The notes under the pieces: model-generated
What the model saw: only the letters and a program-made list of their open reading frames with translations
Told to the model about the DNA's origin: nothing
Databases searched by the model: none
Program-made: the position numbers and the translations under genes
In this document: positions 34,078 to 42,866 of the stretch, one piece after another
How positions within the stretch are numbered: the first letter of the stretch is position 1
Layout of the letters: each line of letters starts with the position of its first letter
IMG/VR virus record: IMGVR_UViG_3300045988_039967
Location: 1-56,493 of that record
From: a virus
Direction: 5' to 3' (one strand)
Length of the DNA: 56,493 bases

Positions 34078-34304
34078 TACTGCTCCTTTCTTCTCATGAC
34101 TAACTCAAAATCTGTCTCTGGATATGTGATAGAATATTCTTCTTTTCCCGCCATATTCGCCATGAACCATTCAAATACAGAAGCTATTGCACTATCTGTA
34201 ATATCTGTTTTCTGCCCTATCCACATATGCTTTTCTGTATCTTGCGTTCCATAATAAATTCTGTTGGTAATAGGACTTACTCCTGTTCCTTTCTTTTTAG
34301 CCAT
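34077..34304 (-). CDS. Hypothetical protein
   Basis: 75 aa ORF. Confidence 0.5.
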   Translation of the reverse strand: MAKKKGTGVSPITNRIYYGTQDTEKHMWIGQKTDITDSAIASVFEWFMANMAGKEEYSITYPETDFELVMRRKEQ

Positions 34305-34316
34305 ATAATTTCCTTT

Positions 34317-35045
34317 CTAAAACGGACATTCGCTAGGATTTTTTAAATTCCAACTTTTTCCTGCTTCCGCAACATCCACATTCGCCCCACAAGCGACTTT
34401 TTTCATCTTCTCGATGAAACTATCTCTATCAGCATTTTCACTTGATAGATGGCACATTATGACATTCTGCAAGCTATCTGAATAATTCGCCTTAACAAAA
34501 TCGCAAGCTGTGTCAATACTTAAGTGACCTCTGAAAACGTGATTAGCTTTGCCTGTGTTATCCCTGTCGATTAAATTCTTGTCATAATTCACACCTAAGA
34601 GAATGTGGTTTATGTCTTTAAACTTCCACTTGACAACCTCACAATCGGTTATGTAAAGCATTCTCCCCATTTCCTTGTGAGTAATCAGAAAGCCATATAT
34701 CGGGCAAGGTGTTCCGTCAGCATTTGTGTGTGTCCAACTTCCGTCTATTGTTGTTAAATCAAAAGGTTTTACTGTAAATTCTCCCATGTTCATTGACATA
34801 TAATCAATCTTCAAATATGGTGCATAAATTGGTATTCCCATTGACTTAAAATCCTCAACCGATAATGAATGGTCTTTGTGAGCGTGTGAAATTACAGTTC
34901 CAACAACATCTGATATTTTCCAATCAATGCCTTTTTTAATAGTTTTTTCTGTCACACCTAAATCAAGTAATAAGATTTCTCCTGTGTCACTAATTAGGGC
35001 ATATGCATTTCCTGTGCTTCCTGTAGCGATACATTTAAGTTTCAT
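34317..35045 (-). CDS. MBL-fold metallo-hydrolase
   Basis: HAHKDHS (HxHxDH) motif. Confidence 0.75.
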   Translation of the reverse strand: MKLKCIATGSTGNAYALISDTGEILLLDLGVTEKTIKKGIDWKISDVVGTVISHAHKDHSLSVEDFKSMGIPIYAPYLKIDYMSMNMGEFTVKPFDLTTIDGSWTHTNADGTPCPIYGFLITHKEMGRMLYITDCEVVKWKFKDINHILLGVNYDKNLIDRDNTGKANHVFRGHLSIDTACDFVKANYSDSLQNVIMCHLSSENADRDSFIEKMKKVACGANVDVAEAGKSWNLKNPSECPF

Positions 35046-35217
35046 TCCTTAATCTCTCCGCATCTTCTCGTAACATCATTTTAAACTTTCCACCACATTC
35101 ACATCTTTCTTTCATATCAAGCACATCAAAATTTTTGTTTGAACGTGACTGGTCTATTTTTTGTGGCTTTCCACATAATTCGCAAGCCCATATAATTGGC
35201 ATTTTATTCATACTCAC
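35035..35217 (-). CDS. Zinc-ribbon small protein
   Basis: CELCG...CECGG. Confidence 0.5.
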   Translation of the reverse strand: MSMNKMPIIWACELCGKPQKIDQSRSNKNFDVLDMKERCECGGKFKMMLREDAERLRNET

Positions 35218-35438
35218 ACCTCGATTTCATCATCTTTTGGAAACTGAAAAACACTTAGCTTTCTAGTTTTTAAAATTGTGCATCCAAGTTCGCCTAATGT
35301 TAATATTTCCCTTATATCTTCGTGACTTCCCTTTGTATAAAGCTTCAATGTTTCTAATCTCTTATACTGTTCTCTCAACATTTCCATAGCCTTAAGTGCC
35401 TTTGCTTCGGTGGAATAAGTCGCTATAAGGCTATTCAT
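35214..35438 (-). CDS. Hypothetical protein
   Basis: 74 aa ORF. Confidence 0.5.
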   Translation of the reverse strand: MNSLIATYSTEAKALKAMEMLREQYKRLETLKLYTKGSHEDIREILTLGELGCTILKTRKLSVFQFPKDDEIEV

Positions 35439-35569
35439 AAATACTTCCGGCGGTTCTGCAATATTTTTTTAATTGCAATAATGCTATACTTACTGCCGTT
35501 ATTCACTATCGAAAAAGCGAAATAATCATAAGGCATATCTGATTTTCCAGTCTGTGATATTACTCTCAT
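35435..35569 (-). CDS. Hypothetical 44-aa protein
   Basis: GGAGG RBS. ATGA overlap with the next gene. Confidence 0.45.
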   Translation of the reverse strand: MRVISQTGKSDMPYDYFAFSIVNNGSKYSIIAIKKILQNRRKYL

Positions 35570-35580
35570 ACGCAACCTCC

Positions 35581-35835
35581 TTAATAAGATAAATTAATAA
35601 CAATAAACGGTTCTTTTTGCCAAGTTCTCTTGCTCATTGGCTCATAATCGTCAATATCATCAAAATCTACATCATCATCAAAAGTTGCTGTAACTGTCAC
35701 TGCTTGTATGTCATCTTCGCTTTCTCTGTCAAATTCTGCTTCAACATCGGTGTCATAATAAGCTTTGCAGTGGAATTTAACTTCTGTATCTGCATTGTAC
35801 TGACTTAATTCCCGTATTAAATCGTATACTTTCAT
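35581..35835 (-). CDS. Highly acidic small protein
   Basis: 84 aa, long D/E runs. Confidence 0.55.
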   Translation of the reverse strand: MKVYDLIRELSQYNADTEVKFHCKAYYDTDVEAEFDRESEDDIQAVTVTATFDDDVDFDDIDDYEPMSKRTWQKEPFIVINLSY

Positions 35836-35845
35836 ATCAAATCTC

Positions 35846-36730
35846 CTATTCTGCCTGCATGAATGGCGGAAGTGTGCTATCTTCTGCCTGTTCTTCAGTT
35901 ACTTCTGTGGCTGTGCTGTCGATAATGTCGTTTTCGTCAAAATCAACACTATTTGCGTTCTGCTCAATATCGTAAGCAACATCCTGTTCAAGTATTTCTT
36001 CGTGGCTGATTTCCTCATAATCCTCATTTTCGTTGCCGCTATGAGAATTATTAATGTATTTAAGAAGTCTGTTCTTAACAGTTTTCATAGCCATTTGGTC
36101 AGCAAATTTCTGATGAGCGCCATTGCCATTTTCCTTGTAGCCATAGCCCTGTTTCCAAGACTGTTTAATCTGTGCAATAGTCATAACTTCCGCTATTTTC
36201 TCGCCGTCATCCATAACAGCTACCGCATAAGCTCCAACAATCTTGTCATTATCAATATTCTCAAAACTCTGTTCGTGGCAATCAATAATTGTCTTTGCAT
36301 CCTCTTTGTGATACTTAAATACATCCCCTTTGTAAATGACTGCTGCATTAATGTCTTTAAGTCCAAATCGTCTTGCTATGCAAGTGTTTCCATACACTGA
36401 TTTCTGGCACTGCAACTTACCACCATAAGCAACCGGGTAACACTGTTTCTTCTGCATTGAAAGTCCATTCGTAACCATTTCAACAAGTGCATTTTCAATA
36501 CTTGCCCTTGTGCAACTCTGCAATACAGGCTTCTTATTCATGTCTACTGTGTCCTGCAAAATCAACATTGCCGACATGAACTCATTTGTGTAGTTGTAAT
36601 CTTTAGGAAATGTCAACCCAAACTTCTCTTTCTGCTTGATTTTAACCACCATTCCCTCTGTAAAATCCTTTGCTACAAGCTCTCTGCTTTCAGCTTCTTT
36701 TGTTTCTGCAACCGCTGTATTCTCTGCCAT
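35846..36730 (-). CDS. recT: RecT-family single-strand annealing protein
   Basis: 294 aa. Central NGLSMQKKQCYPVAYGGKLQCQKSVYG and downstream pattern. Acidic tail. Confidence 0.7.
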   Translation of the reverse strand: MAENTAVAETKEAESRELVAKDFTEGMVVKIKQKEKFGLTFPKDYNYTNEFMSAMLILQDTVDMNKKPVLQSCTRASIENALVEMVTNGLSMQKKQCYPVAYGGKLQCQKSVYGNTCIARRFGLKDINAAVIYKGDVFKYHKEDAKTIIDCHEQSFENIDNDKIVGAYAVAVMDDGEKIAEVMTIAQIKQSWKQGYGYKENGNGAHQKFADQMAMKTVKNRLLKYINNSHSGNENEDYEEISHEEILEQDVAYDIEQNANSVDFDENDIIDSTATEVTEEQAEDSTLPPFMQAE

Positions 36731-36732
36731 AA

Positions 36733-37047
36733 TTATTCCTCGCTTTCATTTATTATTTTTAATTCAGCTTTGAGCTTTTCAATTTTCTTCAACTTATCTG
36801 CAATTATTTGTTCGGTTCTGAGTCTGAATTTTTCTTTTGCATATTCAAAGTTAGGTTCTGTAAGGAATAGACAATTATATTTTATTTGTTCAACTTCGTC
36901 TTTTCTCACTATTCTAAGGTAGTTAGGAAAAGAGCCTCTAACAGCCCTATATGTCTTGGACTTCTCTTCTGCTTCGCAAACCTGTACTGCAATTCCTACT
37001 TTTCCATGTCTTTCATCTGTATTCATTTCATAAAAATAGAGTTTCAT
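36733..37047 (-). CDS. Hypothetical protein
   Basis: ATG 37047 after GGAGGG. Confidence 0.5.
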   Translation of the reverse strand: MKLYFYEMNTDERHGKVGIAVQVCEAEEKSKTYRAVRGSFPNYLRIVRKDEVEQIKYNCLFLTEPNFEYAKEKFRLRTEQIIADKLKKIEKLKAELKIINESEE

Positions 37048-37048
37048 A

Positions 37049-38974
37049 TTATCCCTCCACAATCTCTAATTTCTCGCTGTCATTGACAATCAGCATAATA
37101 AGCTGGCTATCAACCATTTCAGCAACCTTCTTCTGATTCTGCTCATCAAGGCTTTCAGAATCATCAAGAATAATAGGTACTGATATACCGACAATCTTCT
37201 GAATAGAATTGCAAATATCAACTCTGCCTAAAATCCTGTTACCTTTATTACTCATAGTTGTAAGAATTGATTTTCCGTCAACAGTAGGTATGCAACAGCT
37301 CTTGTAACCGCCAGACTTTGTATAAGTAAACAACTGCCACTTAACTAACCCAAAATGGCTGTTTACCGCTTCTGTTAAGGCTTCATTCTTTGCCTTGTCA
37401 AGTTCATCAAGTAAATCAAGGATTTTCTCTGCATTTGTCTTATTCTGTTCGCTGTCAATCTTTGACTCTCTTAATTCTTCAAGTCGCTGTTCGTCTGCTG
37501 CCGTATCAGATTTTGCAATCTGGCTTTCACAGTCGGATAACTGCTGTCTTAAAGCTGTTTCCTGTGCCTTTAATTCTGCCTTAACTGCTGAAATATCATT
37601 AGCTTTGTGCATAGCCTGTTCCTTTTCCGCAATCTTCTGCTCAAGTGCCTTGTATTCTTCTGTGGTTGATACATCAATTTCCTGCGGAAGCTCTGATAAC
37701 TGCTTTTCAAGGTCTGCAATAGCTGCATTCAGCATTTCAAGGCTTTCTTTATGCTGTGGTAGCTCTTTCTGCAAATCTTCAAGAATCTTCTTATTTTCAT
37801 CAAGTTTGCCCTTAATAAGGTTGCCATTGTTTGTGACAGCCTTTAATTCTTCTGCCTTGTGGCTATCAAAATCAGTCCTTAACTGTTCTTTCTTATCTTC
37901 GGGATATTCCTGTCCGCAATAACTACAAATAAGGCTTGTTTCGTCAAATTTGCGTTCATTCTCCGCTTTCCACTTATCCCTTATATCTTGCAAATTCTTA
38001 TTTATGTTCTCAATGGTATTCTGCTGATACTCAATGCTCTTTTCTGTATCAGCAATAGCCTTTTCTGTCTGCCTAACGAGAAACTGCTTTTCAGAAATCC
38101 TGTTCTCAATCTCTCTCCTAGCCTTAATATTGTCCTCGTTAGCCTTGCGTAATAAGTCTCCCTGCTTAAACTTCAAATCAAGAATATCCGAACTAGCCTT
38201 GTCATATTCAGCCATCAGCTTGTCATTGTCGGTCTGCTTTGCCACACAATCAGCAATCTGTACTTTAAGGCTGTTTTTCTGTAATTCAAGGTCAGATACT
38301 TCAATAGCCTGCTTAAGCTGTATATCTCTTTCTTTTTCCTTAATCTGTCCGTCAAGAATAGGCAAATCCTTTGTAATCTTGGTCTTTGTAGCCTTATTCA
38401 TAGCTGACAATTCTTCAACTGTATACTTATTAAGTAAAGGAACTAGTTCAGCTAATTCGGCTTTCTGCGAAGCTATATCAAAGTCTGTAACATCTCCTGC
38501 AAGGCTGAATAGGTATTCTCTCATTTCAGCTGGCTTCTGATTAAGAAATGCATTTACATTGCTACACATCTTAAATCCATTCCTATCAACATCAAGATAT
38601 GCGTTGAAGTCCTTTAATGTCTTAGGCACATCATTGATAAAATACTTGTTATCGTCCTTATAACTGCTGCCATCTTTGCTGTAAGTGCGCTTCTGTACTT
38701 TCTTCATGGTTATTTCTTTTCCGTCAACATCAAGTGTAAGTTCAACACTTGTGTCCATATCATCAACTGATACTCCGTCAATCTCTCTTCTGACAACTGG
38801 ATTATCCTTTAATTCATAATCACAGTTAAATAAGCACCATAAGTAAGCTGCGGCAATAGTTGACTTGCCCTTGCCATTCTTAGCCATAATCTTTGTAATG
38901 GCATAAAAATCAAACTCTGCGTGTGCGTAACACATAAAGTTTTCAAGAATTACCTTTTTTAAAACTGCTCTCAT
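37049..38974 (-). CDS. Rad50/SbcC-like (SMC-type) AAA ATPase
   Basis: Walker A GKNGKGKST, very long coiled coil, C-terminal ILDDSESLD. Confidence 0.75.
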   Translation of the reverse strand: MRAVLKKVILENFMCYAHAEFDFYAITKIMAKNGKGKSTIAAAYLWCLFNCDYELKDNPVVRREIDGVSVDDMDTSVELTLDVDGKEITMKKVQKRTYSKDGSSYKDDNKYFINDVPKTLKDFNAYLDVDRNGFKMCSNVNAFLNQKPAEMREYLFSLAGDVTDFDIASQKAELAELVPLLNKYTVEELSAMNKATKTKITKDLPILDGQIKEKERDIQLKQAIEVSDLELQKNSLKVQIADCVAKQTDNDKLMAEYDKASSDILDLKFKQGDLLRKANEDNIKARREIENRISEKQFLVRQTEKAIADTEKSIEYQQNTIENINKNLQDIRDKWKAENERKFDETSLICSYCGQEYPEDKKEQLRTDFDSHKAEELKAVTNNGNLIKGKLDENKKILEDLQKELPQHKESLEMLNAAIADLEKQLSELPQEIDVSTTEEYKALEQKIAEKEQAMHKANDISAVKAELKAQETALRQQLSDCESQIAKSDTAADEQRLEELRESKIDSEQNKTNAEKILDLLDELDKAKNEALTEAVNSHFGLVKWQLFTYTKSGGYKSCCIPTVDGKSILTTMSNKGNRILGRVDICNSIQKIVGISVPIILDDSESLDEQNQKKVAEMVDSQLIMLIVNDSEKLEIVEG

Positions 38975-39249
38975 AACTTCTTTCTTTCCCACCAATCTTT
39001 TATTGCTTCTGCAATTGCCTTTCCAGCATCTTCGTTTTTCAAAGCTTCTCCCAACTTATGAGCGTTGTAATAAATATCACATGGCTCACTTATCACTGTT
39101 GCAACATTCCAAATCGGTATTGCTGCAAAATAGCCGCTACTGCTGTGCCCGATAATAGTTCGGTACTCATAGCCATTCCAAGTAATTTTCAGCTCATAAA
39201 TGGTATCAATAGCATCAATAGCCAATTCTGAAATAACTTTTGCCTGCAT
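38971..39249 (-). CDS. Hypothetical protein
   Basis: 92 aa ORF, ATGA coupling. Confidence 0.5.
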   Translation of the reverse strand: MQAKVISELAIDAIDTIYELKITWNGYEYRTIIGHSSSGYFAAIPIWNVATVISEPCDIYYNAHKLGEALKNEDAGKAIAEAIKDWWERKKL

Positions 39250-39267
39250 GTCTTTTTCCTTCCTTTG

Positions 39268-39804
39268 CTAAATAATCAGCATTTCATTTACTGATACTTC
39301 GTAAGTAATTCCTTTCTCAACATTGCCGGTATCCATATGTTTTGTATAAATCCGGCTCTGTAAACGCCCTTCAACACATATTTCAGTGCCGTCGGGCAAT
39401 CTTTTACACCTTTTCGCATCTGCACCCCAAAATATTACCGGGACATATGTACTGCCGACCTTAAGGATTGTACTTGTTAATGAAGCTTTGTTGTTGCAAA
39501 CCCTTTTATGATAAGGTCTTCTGCATATAATCCCCCTTAACATCACACTGTTTTCGTAATGTTCATCAGGGTTATGTTCTATCGCATCAAGAATGCTTAT
39601 ATACATTTCCTGATGCCCGGCTTTTTCTCTGAAATTTATTTCGCCGGATATCTCAATCTTTGAAGCCGATGTGAATGATGCAATATCTATATTTTCAGCA
39701 ATGCATATAAAGCTGTCTGTATTGCCTGATTTTCGCCGCACCTCAAGAATTAATGTGTTCTCACTTGCAAAGTGTGGTGTTCCTATCGCTATCACATGAT
39801 TCAT
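39268..39804 (-). CDS. OB-fold (SSB-like) protein
   Basis: ATG 39804 after AAGGAGAG. Segment VPVIFWGADAKRCKRLPDGTEICVEGRLQSRIY is SSB-like. Confidence 0.45.
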   Translation of the reverse strand: MNHVIAIGTPHFASENTLILEVRRKSGNTDSFICIAENIDIASFTSASKIEISGEINFREKAGHQEMYISILDAIEHNPDEHYENSVMLRGIICRRPYHKRVCNNKASLTSTILKVGSTYVPVIFWGADAKRCKRLPDGTEICVEGRLQSRIYTKHMDTGNVEKGITYEVSVNEMLII

Positions 39805-39927
39805 ACTCTCTCCTTGCTGTCTACCGAACATCTACAACCTTGCCATCATGAATGACAAAATCAAAATTAAGCTTCTCATGAATGGCCTCAATCTCAGGTA
39901 TGCTCATCTCATTAAAATCTGTAATTA

Positions 39928-40104
39928 TCATTTACATCTGCCCCCTTTCCAAAATTTATCTACCGCACGCTTTTTACCCGTTTCCTTATTAATCAGCTTA
40001 AGGTAAAAATCGGTTTCCTCAGCAAGCATCCAATTACCGGCATTCAATCCATTTGCTGCCACTATCTGTTTCTGCTGTCTTGTTAGCCTCTTTGGCTGCT
40101 TCAT
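39928..40104 (-). CDS. DUF6906-like small protein (58 aa)
   Basis: MKQPKRLTRQQKQIVAANGLNAGNWML...INKETGKKR pattern is common in Clostridia mobile elements. Confidence 0.45.
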   Translation of the reverse strand: MKQPKRLTRQQKQIVAANGLNAGNWMLAEETDFYLKLINKETGKKRAVDKFWKGGRCK

Positions 40105-40210
40105 ACTTCTTCTCTTCCTTTCTTATGCAATGCGCTGTAAAAACAACTATTCCAAACGCTTCTATCAGCAGAATCATTGCTACACCGCACCAAAACTGTG
40201 GAATATACAT
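40034..40210 (-). CDS. Possible 58-aa membrane peptide
   Basis: TAATG coupling to the 3D-domain gene. Overlaps the next ORF by about 70 nt. Confidence 0.3.
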   Translation of the reverse strand: MYIPQFWCGVAMILLIEAFGIVVFTAHCIRKEEKKYEAAKEANKTAETDSGSKWIECR

Positions 40211-40668
40211 TAATAATCTCTCCTTTCAACACATACTTTGTGTTCCTGTTTGCCAAACTCAAGTGCATCTTTATGGCTGTCAAAATAGATATCTATTCGA
40301 TTGCCCTTAATCTTTCCGCCACAATCTTCCGCAATGTAATCACCAACACCATCTATGTAAACAATGCTTCCGTATGGTATTACATTTGGGTCAACTGCAA
40401 CTGTACGCCCTTGCCTGGCTTTTCTTTCTGTAGCCGTTACTCCGTCAGACTTGCCGCAACACTTTTCACATGGACAATAAGCTGTGATTGCAAATGTCTG
40501 CCATTCAATCAGCTCGGTTTTTGCCTCTTGAGCTGTTGGTTGCGCTGTAAAGTTTTTCGAGTAATCAGTGCTTGATATCTCACAAGCTGGCGCATCAACT
40601 CTTAGGCTGAATGTCATGCTTGCTATCAGTGTTAGGATTATTACTCCTGTCCGCTTAATCTCAAACAC
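40210..40668 (-). CDS. Secreted 3D-domain (MltA/RlpA-like) protein
   Basis: Signal-like N-terminus. AITAYCPCEKCCG...GRTVAVDPNVIPYGS...YIAEDCGG. Start (GTG) uncertain. Confidence 0.7.
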   Translation of the reverse strand: MFEIKRTGVIILTLIASMTFSLRVDAPACEISSTDYSKNFTAQPTAQEAKTELIEWQTFAITAYCPCEKCCGKSDGVTATERKARQGRTVAVDPNVIPYGSIVYIDGVGDYIAEDCGGKIKGNRIDIYFDSHKDALEFGKQEHKVCVERRDY

Positions 40669-40671
40669 CCC

Positions 40672-41394
40672 CTAAAGGCTAATCTGAGCATTAGCATCAG
40701 AAATCTGCTCTGCAAGTGGCACTGTTGGCTCATAGCAATCAATGTATTCATGTACATCTGCTATGTACTTACGCTTGATACTCTTATAAGTAGAAACACA
40801 TCCAAACTGATGCTTAAGCGAATTATAGATATCTGCGTATACAGAACCGCGTATACTGCAATCCCTGTACGCTTCACTATCTTTGCCGCCAAGGACCTTA
40901 ACACCCTTGCGGCGCACATGCTGTTGCACCTCGTCTATCTCACAGCCATATAGAGGAACATTGTCCTTAAGCTCCGTCATATCTTCCTTAATAGAATTGA
41001 CAGTCTGCTCTAATTCTGTATAACCCTGTGCAAGAAGCTGTATCTGTCCGCTGGTGGACTTTGGTATTCCGTAGCTTCCTGTTTTTCTGATTGACGGAAT
41101 CACTTCTGATGTTACCCATTCAGTAAATCTTTCAGCGCTTTTCTTCCTGCTTTGAAAGATTGTCTTATAGAGATTGCTTTCATTAATAAATGTAGCCACC
41201 TGTTCTCTACCTAAACTGTCTATGACCTTATTAGTAGTAACCCCATCTTCTTTAAGTCTTGCCTTTACTCTTGAAGCCTGTTCAAGTCCTAATGCTTTGC
41301 AAACATCAGCTAAACAAAATAAAGGTTCATTATCTACAAGTAATGTTCTAACTTCCCCGAACTCTTCATTGTTGAAAATTTGTAAATCGTTCAT
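40672..41394 (-). CDS. Bro-N / KilAC antirepressor
   Basis: IFNNEEFGEVRTLLVDNEPLFCLADVCKALGL...RFTEWVTSEVIPSIRKTG. Confidence 0.8.
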   Translation of the reverse strand: MNDLQIFNNEEFGEVRTLLVDNEPLFCLADVCKALGLEQASRVKARLKEDGVTTNKVIDSLGREQVATFINESNLYKTIFQSRKKSAERFTEWVTSEVIPSIRKTGSYGIPKSTSGQIQLLAQGYTELEQTVNSIKEDMTELKDNVPLYGCEIDEVQQHVRRKGVKVLGGKDSEAYRDCSIRGSVYADIYNSLKHQFGCVSTYKSIKRKYIADVHEYIDCYEPTVPLAEQISDANAQISL

Positions 41395-41409
41395 GTTTTC
41401 TCCTTTCCG

Positions 41410-41418
41410 TGTTATAAT
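41410..41418 (+). promoter_or_regulatory. Extended -10 element (TGtTATAAT)
   Basis: Lies 30 nt upstream of the plus-strand 59-aa gene. Confidence 0.35.
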
Positions 41419-41448
41419 CTCCTTATCATTTCATAAGGAGGTGAAATC

Positions 41449-41628
41449 ATGTCTCGATTGCCTGATATAGGTTACCCGCAAACTGGAGATAAAGTGGATA
41501 GTGGTTTTTATGCCTGTGTGAACTGCCCTCATACAGAACCCGATGATAAATCATCCGTATACTTAGACAAACCACAAAAACTTCCACTATGCCCCATCTG
41601 CGGTAAAACCCATTGGATGAAATTTTAA
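41449..41628 (+). CDS. Zinc-ribbon 59-aa protein
   Basis: AGGAGG RBS. CVNCP...CPICG. Followed by a terminator. Confidence 0.55.
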   Translation: MSRLPDIGYPQTGDKVDSGFYACVNCPHTEPDDKSSVYLDKPQKLPLCPICGKTHWMKF

Positions 41629-41638
41629 TTCATCCTTA

Positions 41639-41672
41639 CAAGTGCTAGTCCTCACACTGGCACTTGTTTTTT
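41639..41672 (+). terminator. Rho-independent terminator
   Basis: CAAGTGC/GCACTTG stem followed by TTTTTT. Confidence 0.7.
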
Positions 41673-41809
41673 AAGGTTTTTTCCGCATTGCAAAGTGCAT
41701 TTAAAGCCATAATTTCAATCCCAAGTCTTTCACTTTCGGGGCTGTTGTTTCGTAGTTCCTCAACATCGAAAACAACATACTTTGCTAACTTTTCAATATT
41801 TTCTCTCAT
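41645..41809 (-). CDS. Hypothetical 54-aa protein
   Basis: AAGGAG RBS. Follows the cro-like gene. Confidence 0.45.
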   Translation of the reverse strand: MRENIEKLAKYVVFDVEELRNNSPESERLGIEIMALNALCNAEKTLKNKCQCED

Positions 41810-41829
41810 TCTTACTCCTTTCTAGTAAC

Positions 41830-42039
41830 TTATAAAGTTACTTTCTTTGCAAAAAAAATTTCCATAGGATTTTCAATATTCAAATTATCAATCATAATCT
41901 GAATCTCATTGCTGCCAAAAACGCCCTTGTGCATTCGCAAATAGAAAGTCTTGGGTGTTATGCCTATCATTTGTGCAACTTCTGTCTGTGTTTTTCCGTT
42001 TTCAGCAATAATCCCGCGAAGCTTATTTGTATCAACCAT
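41830..42039 (-). CDS. Cro-like HTH regulator
   Basis: 69 aa, KTQTEVAQMIGITPKTFYLRM. Divergent from cI. Confidence 0.7.
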   Translation of the reverse strand: MVDTNKLRGIIAENGKTQTEVAQMIGITPKTFYLRMHKGVFGSNEIQIMIDNLNIENPMEIFFAKKVTL

Positions 42040-42062
42040 CTTCTCATCTCCTTTCCAACCTC

Positions 42063-42159
42063 GTAACTTTTGAAGTTACCTTTATTATACACCGCAAAAG
42101 TAACTTGTCAAGTTATTTTTTTCTTGACTTGTAACTTTTTTGTGCTATAATTAAGTTAC
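42063..42159. promoter_or_regulatory. Operator set of the genetic switch (GTAACTT/AAGTTAC half-sites)
   Basis: Palindromes at 42063-42079 and 42100-42116. Split half-sites at 42131-42137 and 42153-42159. Confidence 0.65.
42124..42151 (+). promoter_or_regulatory. Promoter of the cI-like gene
   Basis: TTGACT - 16 nt - TATAAT. Confidence 0.6.
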
Positions 42160-42182
42160 CGATAGGAAAGGAGGAAACACCA

Positions 42183-42542
42183 ATGATTAAAACTGTTGGA
42201 GACAGAATTAAGGAGCAAAGAGAGCTTATTAAAATGTCGCAAGTAGAATTAGCTGAAAAGATGGGCGTTTCTAAACAGACATTGTATAAGTATGAAAATA
42301 ATGTTGTAACAAATATTCCAAGTGATAAAATTCAGATTGTTGCACAGATTCTTGATATTTCTCCATCATATTTAATGGGGTGGGAAGATAATTTATCTAC
42401 TGATAATACTGATATCATTCCCGACTTAATGTCAGATAAAGAATTGTTGGATAGTGTTAAGAAACTAACAAAACTCAATAAAGAACATCAACAAACTATA
42501 TTTGACAATATAGCCTATTGGTATGAGAAAGAGGGGCGCTAA
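42183..42542 (+). CDS. CI-like XRE-family repressor
   Basis: 119 aa, MSQVELAEKMGVSKQTLYKYENN, AAGGAGG RBS. Confidence 0.8.
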   Translation: MIKTVGDRIKEQRELIKMSQVELAEKMGVSKQTLYKYENNVVTNIPSDKIQIVAQILDISPSYLMGWEDNLSTDNTDIIPDLMSDKELLDSVKKLTKLNKEHQQTIFDNIAYWYEKEGR

Positions 42543-42560
42543 ACGCCCCATTTCTTTTTA
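42533..42560 (+). terminator. Rho-independent terminator
   Basis: GGGGCG/CGCCCC stem followed by ATTTCTTTTT. Confidence 0.7.
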
Positions 42561-42658
42561 AAAGATAAAATTAATTCATATACAAATTTCAAAAAATTGT
42601 TATTGTTACAATTTTCTATTAATCCGATAATCTTTTGTCTGTATTCCTCATTCTCCAT
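42539..42658 (-). CDS. Hypothetical 39-aa protein
   Basis: AAGGGGG RBS. Lies downstream of a consensus promoter. Confidence 0.35.
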   Translation of the reverse strand: MENEEYRQKIIGLIENCNNNNFLKFVYELILSFKKKWGV

Positions 42659-42702
42659 ATATCCCCCTTGTTGCACGATATAACACTGGTAGCGATAGCG
42701 TT

Positions 42703-42731
42703 ATTATAGAACATCAGTTCTTGCTTGTCAA
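42703..42731 (-). promoter_or_regulatory. Consensus sigma-70 promoter
   Basis: TTGACA - 17 nt - TATAAT on the minus strand. Confidence 0.65.
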
Positions 42732-42866
42732 TATAGGAAGAGACAGAGCGACGCCAACCCCTCTGCCTCTTCCGCCAGAACTTGAATGCCTCTCGCAAGA
42801 GACATGTTTATTATAACTTGCTTATCAAATAAACAAAAGCTGTAATCGGTCGCATTAATTGACACT

